Positions 61,031-64,000 of a stretch of DNA of 64,000 nt are shown here, one piece after another. The stretch comes from a virus: IMG/VR virus record IMGVR_UViG_3300029286_000013, one strand, 5' to 3'. Numbering within the stretch: the stretch's first letter is position 1; every line of letters starts with the position of its first letter. Under the pieces are notes generated by a model. The model worked only from the letters and a program-made list of their open reading frames with translations, made no database searches and was not told where the DNA came from. The translations under genes were made by a program, and so were the position numbers.

Positions 61031-61513
61031 GTTTGGATATTCCCAAGTCCATGATCCGTCAGGTAATACTTTCTTTCTCCTACCAGTAACAGTAGATGAT
61101 AACTTACTTGCTCCTTTTTTGCCATTAATAATAGCCTGTGGATTTGCCTTACCTTTAGTTGTTGGTTTTCCTACTCTTGCGGCTGACATTTTAGATAGAG
61201 TTGCATCAGAGTATATATTAACTTTACCTTTGTTCCACGGTGCTGAGCCACGTGGTTTGCCGTGCTTTAAGTTATAATATTTTTTACCAAACTCATCTTC
61301 TTTAATCATATTCAATAGGCGATATTCTTCAGTTTTCATATCAGTTACTTCAATCATTTTTATAATGCGTCTTTTAAAATCGTGTGGTCTATATCTAACT
61401 TCACTTGTTAACCAATGTGAGGATGAAATGTATCCGTCATTAGGAGACCCGTCGTGCGAACCCACGTAATACATTTTGCGTATTTTGTCTCTCCAAATAT
61501 AAATAAAACCCAT
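61025..61513 (-). mobile_element. Free-standing GIY-YIG (Seg-like) homing endonuclease with NUMOD3-like C-terminal motifs
   Basis: 'MGFIYIWRDKIRKMYYVGSH...YISSS...F.RRII...E..LL...YYNL', then 'PWNKGK' and 'SDATLSKMSAARVGK'. Start moved to 61513 because of the AAAGGAG SD and GATAAATA upstream on the minus strand. Confidence 0.8.
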
Positions 61514-61609
61514 ATACTTCTCCTTTCTATTATTTATCAATGCGTGAAAAAATCACGCATTAGTAGCCTATTTTATTACTTTCTTTATTGGTTAAAGATA
61601 AATAATACT

Positions 61610-62011
61610 ATGAGACCAACTACCCCACAAGAATTCGCCAACTGTTATGGCACTTTTATAGCAGATTTAGTTATTATTCCCAATTATTTTAATACTTGGC
61701 TACGAACAACATTACCTGATGTAGAAAGTGTATATAAACTTAATATGGCATTGTTCAGTTCATATACAGCGTCAACAAGTGGTATTAGAAAAAAACCAAA
61801 GAAACCTACGTTTAGTAAAGACTATTCTGTAAAACAATATAATACGGATGTGAGGGCATATAATAAATCCGTTACTCTTGCTTGGGCTACAACGACAATT
61901 GACTTAAAAAATGCATTAACTTGTGCGGGAGTAGATCCTACACAAGCAGCCAGAATATTAGCGTCATTTGCAAAACTCAAACCATCTGAAATTAATGACT
62001 TTGCTAGATAA
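61610..62011 (+). CDS. Hypothetical protein (133 aa, MRPTTPQEF...)
   Basis: The tracked ORF 61454..62011 overlaps the endonuclease; the ATG at 61610 follows GATAAATA by 5 nt, and a terminator follows the stop. Confidence 0.55.
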   Translation: MRPTTPQEFANCYGTFIADLVIIPNYFNTWLRTTLPDVESVYKLNMALFSSYTASTSGIRKKPKKPTFSKDYSVKQYNTDVRAYNKSVTLAWATTTIDLKNALTCAGVDPTQAARILASFAKLKPSEINDFAR

Positions 62012-62033
62012 GACCTCGTAACAGAAACTCTAG

Positions 62034-62056
62034 AAAGGCTCTTAGGAGCCTTTTTT
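62034..62056 (+). terminator. Rho-independent terminator
   Basis: AAAGGCTC-TTAG-GAGCCTTT followed by further Ts. Confidence 0.8.
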
Positions 62057-62057
62057 A

Positions 62058-62086
62058 TTGACATAAATAGCATACTGTGTTACATT
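62058..62086 (+). promoter_or_regulatory. Sigma70-type promoter, probably giving a leaderless transcript
   Basis: TTGACA-17 nt-TACATT; the ATG at 62093 lies 6 nt after the -10 hexamer with no SD. Confidence 0.6.
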
Positions 62087-62092
62087 AACGAT

Positions 62093-62347
62093 ATGAAAAT
62101 TCAACATGCAATTGATTGGAATCAAGTTAGCATTGACTTAAGTAGTCAAATGAATGGCATTGGCTACAATCCAGACTTACATCGTATGCACAAAAACATT
62201 GACAAAATGGTAAGTGAATTAAGCAAACTAGAAGTCAATCTACGTAGAACAGGCAAATACTCTATGCTTGATGATAAAGTAAAAGAAATCAATACAGCAA
62301 TCAATCACTTAGAAAAACTAGTACTAATGGCGAATTTAATGAAATGA
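62093..62347 (+). CDS. Hypothetical helical protein (84 aa)
   Basis: ORF after a promoter; ATGA overlap with the next gene. Confidence 0.65.
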   Translation: MKIQHAIDWNQVSIDLSSQMNGIGYNPDLHRMHKNIDKMVSELSKLEVNLRRTGKYSMLDDKVKEINTAINHLEKLVLMANLMK

Positions 62348-62949
62348 AAATGAACAATATCTTGGGTTGGTTTTCTGGCTCACATCAAACAGAAACAATT
62401 AAATTATTATGGAAATACAATCAACCAGACTGTGTTGGTGTAGAAGTAGGGTGCCTGCATGGTAAAAGTAGTTATGCAATATCTATAGCAATCAATAAGG
62501 GCACATTATATTGTATTGATCTTTGGAATGGTAGAGATTCGTATGATCCTCAATTTAGTGATGAGGTAATTGCCAAAAATAATTTGCCATCTAAAGGAAG
62601 TTATAACACAAAAGAGACTTTCTTAAAAAATACAGAGAATCGAAAAAATATTGTTGCCATACAAGGTTCTAGTCCCGAAGTAGTAAAGGATTGGACAAGA
62701 CCCATAGATTTTATATTTTTAGATGCATCACATAAAAATCCAAATGATAGAGACAACATTGATTTTTGGTTACCTAAAATTAAGCCAGGCGGTATGTTTT
62801 TGGGTCATGATTGGTATGAAGGTGATCACCATAATAAAGGTTTCCCTGATGTAAATTTAAATGTAGAATATATGGAAGATTTGCTTAAACAAAAGGTTAC
62901 AATTATTCCTTCAACCTCAATTTGGTATTTCACATTGCCTAAAAGTTGA
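62344..62949 (+). CDS. Class I SAM-dependent methyltransferase (Methyltransf_24-like)
   Basis: 'GVEVGCLHGKSS', 'LYCIDLW', 'IDFIFLDASH', 'LPKIKPGGMFLGHDW'. Confidence 0.85.
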   Translation: MKMNNILGWFSGSHQTETIKLLWKYNQPDCVGVEVGCLHGKSSYAISIAINKGTLYCIDLWNGRDSYDPQFSDEVIAKNNLPSKGSYNTKETFLKNTENRKNIVAIQGSSPEVVKDWTRPIDFIFLDASHKNPNDRDNIDFWLPKIKPGGMFLGHDWYEGDHHNKGFPDVNLNVEYMEDLLKQKVTIIPSTSIWYFTLPKS

Positions 62950-62974
62950 CAATAAATCATTTTGGGTCTATAAT
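62946..62974 (+). promoter_or_regulatory. Consensus sigma70 promoter
   Basis: TTGACA-17 nt-TATAAT; AAGGA SD before the ATG at 63002. Confidence 0.85.
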
Positions 62975-63001
62975 AGTCTTTCACTTAACTAAGGACCTAT
63001 T

Positions 63002-63298
63002 ATGAAGATAGCAAATTATGTATTGAAGTACACAAAATCAATCGATGGGCCACTAATGATCCCTAAGAAAAAGATTGATAGCACGATGAAATGGGTAGAG
63101 TACAGTTTAGATATTGTAGATATGCAGAAAATGCTTATGGGCACAAGTGATTTAAAAGACAAATATCAACTAATGGACCTACTAGAAATTGCAGAACGTA
63201 AGAAAAAATGGCACTATCGTCAAGAAAACTTTAACGTAAGTAGGGCCAGTACTCTATTGCAAACTATGCTGAGTAGAGCATACACAAAACTGCCGTAA
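63002..63298 (+). CDS. Hypothetical protein (98 aa)
   Basis: ORF with SD, downstream of a consensus promoter. Confidence 0.7.
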   Translation: MKIANYVLKYTKSIDGPLMIPKKKIDSTMKWVEYSLDIVDMQKMLMGTSDLKDKYQLMDLLEIAERKKKWHYRQENFNVSRASTLLQTMLSRAYTKLP

Positions 63299-63299
63299 T

Positions 63300-63328
63300 T
63301 TGACAATAAATCGAATCGGTGATACAAT
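63300..63328 (+). promoter_or_regulatory. Sigma70-type promoter
   Basis: TTGACA-17 nt-TACAAT; shares the extended TTGACAATAAATC. Confidence 0.75.
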
Positions 63329-63400
63329 ACTTGTATTGAAGCTAGAAACTGACTAGTTAATCAAGTGGGCAGATGTTGTAAATAAACAACAACTCAAAAT

Positions 63401-63429
63401 TTGACAATAAATCAGTTTTAGACTATACT
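63401..63429 (+). promoter_or_regulatory. Sigma70-type promoter
   Basis: TTGACA-17 nt-TATACT; shares the extended TTGACAATAAATC. Confidence 0.75.
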
Positions 63430-63460
63430 TCATATATCAAATTTTCAACAGGAGCATCTA

Positions 63461-64000
63461 ATGGCATCAGTATCAGATAATCTGACGATTACGTCAGTTC
63501 AAGCCCGCAAAGCTATTCTTAAAGCTTTCAAGGCAAAACGTCCCTTATTCTTATGGGGTCCGCCCGGTATTGGCAAGAGTGAAGTTGTAGCAGAAGTTAC
63601 GGCAGAACTAGGCGGTCATATGATTGACTTGCGTATGGCACAAATGGAGCCTACAGATATTCGTGGTATTCCATACTTCAATCGTGATATCAATAAGATG
63701 GATTGGGCGGCACCAGTTGATTTGCCCGATGATGAATTAGCAAGTCAATACCCGATTGTTGTTCTATTCTTAGATGAAATGAATTCAGCAAGTCCCGCAG
63801 TACAGGCTGCAGGCTATCAGTTGATTCTTAACCGTCGTGTAGGTAAGTATGTCTTGCCCGATAACGTTGTTATTGTTGCGGCAGGTAATCGTGACTCTGA
63901 CAAAGGTGTTACATATCGTATGCCGATGCCCCTTGCTAATCGTTTCTTACACTTAGAAATGCGAGCCGATTTTACTGCTTGGCAGACTTGGGCTGTGAAT
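63461..64000 (+). CDS. MoxR/AAA_5-like AAA+ ATPase, 3'-truncated (missing from the ORF track)
   Basis: Translated by hand: MASVSDN...LFLWGPPGIGKS (Walker A)...VLFLDEMN (Walker B)...IVAAGNR...PLANRF; AGGAG SD at 63450. Confidence 0.9.
   Translation, partial: MASVSDNLTITSVQARKAILKAFKAKRPLFLWGPPGIGKSEVVAEVTAELGGHMIDLRMAQMEPTDIRGIPYFNRDINKMDWAAPVDLPDDELASQYPIVVLFLDEMNSASPAVQAAGYQLILNRRVGKYVLPDNVVIVAAGNRDSDKGVTYRMPMPLANRFLHLEMRADFTAWQTWAVN

Noticed and set aside
61454-61609. Long N-terminal version of ORF 61454..62011, and start 61540 for the endonuclease
   Set aside because: They overlap each other and the divergent promoter region; ATG starts at 61610 and 61513 fit the promoter and SD signals better.
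1-64000. Alternative genetic code (stop-codon recoding) as in some large phages
   Set aside because: Code 11 gives dense, uninterrupted coding including a 19 kb ORF; TAA and TGA are clearly used as stops, and no gene appears broken by an in-frame TAG.

Overview
Late/structural region of a large AT-rich T4-like (myovirus-type, probably jumbo) phage; almost all genes are on the + strand and read in standard code 11. (1) 1-30.7 kb is a baseplate/tail module: hub-like protein, gp5-like spike, gp25-like and gp6-like wedge proteins, a 6404-aa repeat-rich structural protein and tail-fibre-like proteins. (2) 30.8-60.7 kb is a ~30 kb, tightly coupled enzyme cluster directly behind the tail genes. It holds 14 radical SAM enzymes (13 with an N-terminal Twitch/SPASM-like Fe-S domain), 3 GT-A-like glycosyltransferases, a 1357-aa repeat protein built from DxD-less GT-like domains, an SDR, 3 SGNH-family proteins, a NodU/CmcH-type carbamoyltransferase and an unannotated 34-aa basic peptide. 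The best-supported hypothesis, which is inference, is a phage-encoded virion-glycan synthesis and tailoring system. (3) 60.7-61.0 kb is a circularly permuted two-piece tmRNA (tag ANDSVYSLAA, alphaproteobacterial-like T-loop) followed by a convergent GIY-YIG homing endonuclease. (4) From ~62 kb, consensus sigma70-type promoters precede small genes, a methyltransferase and a partial MoxR-like AAA+ ATPase. All product calls come from motif recognition by eye; no searches were run.
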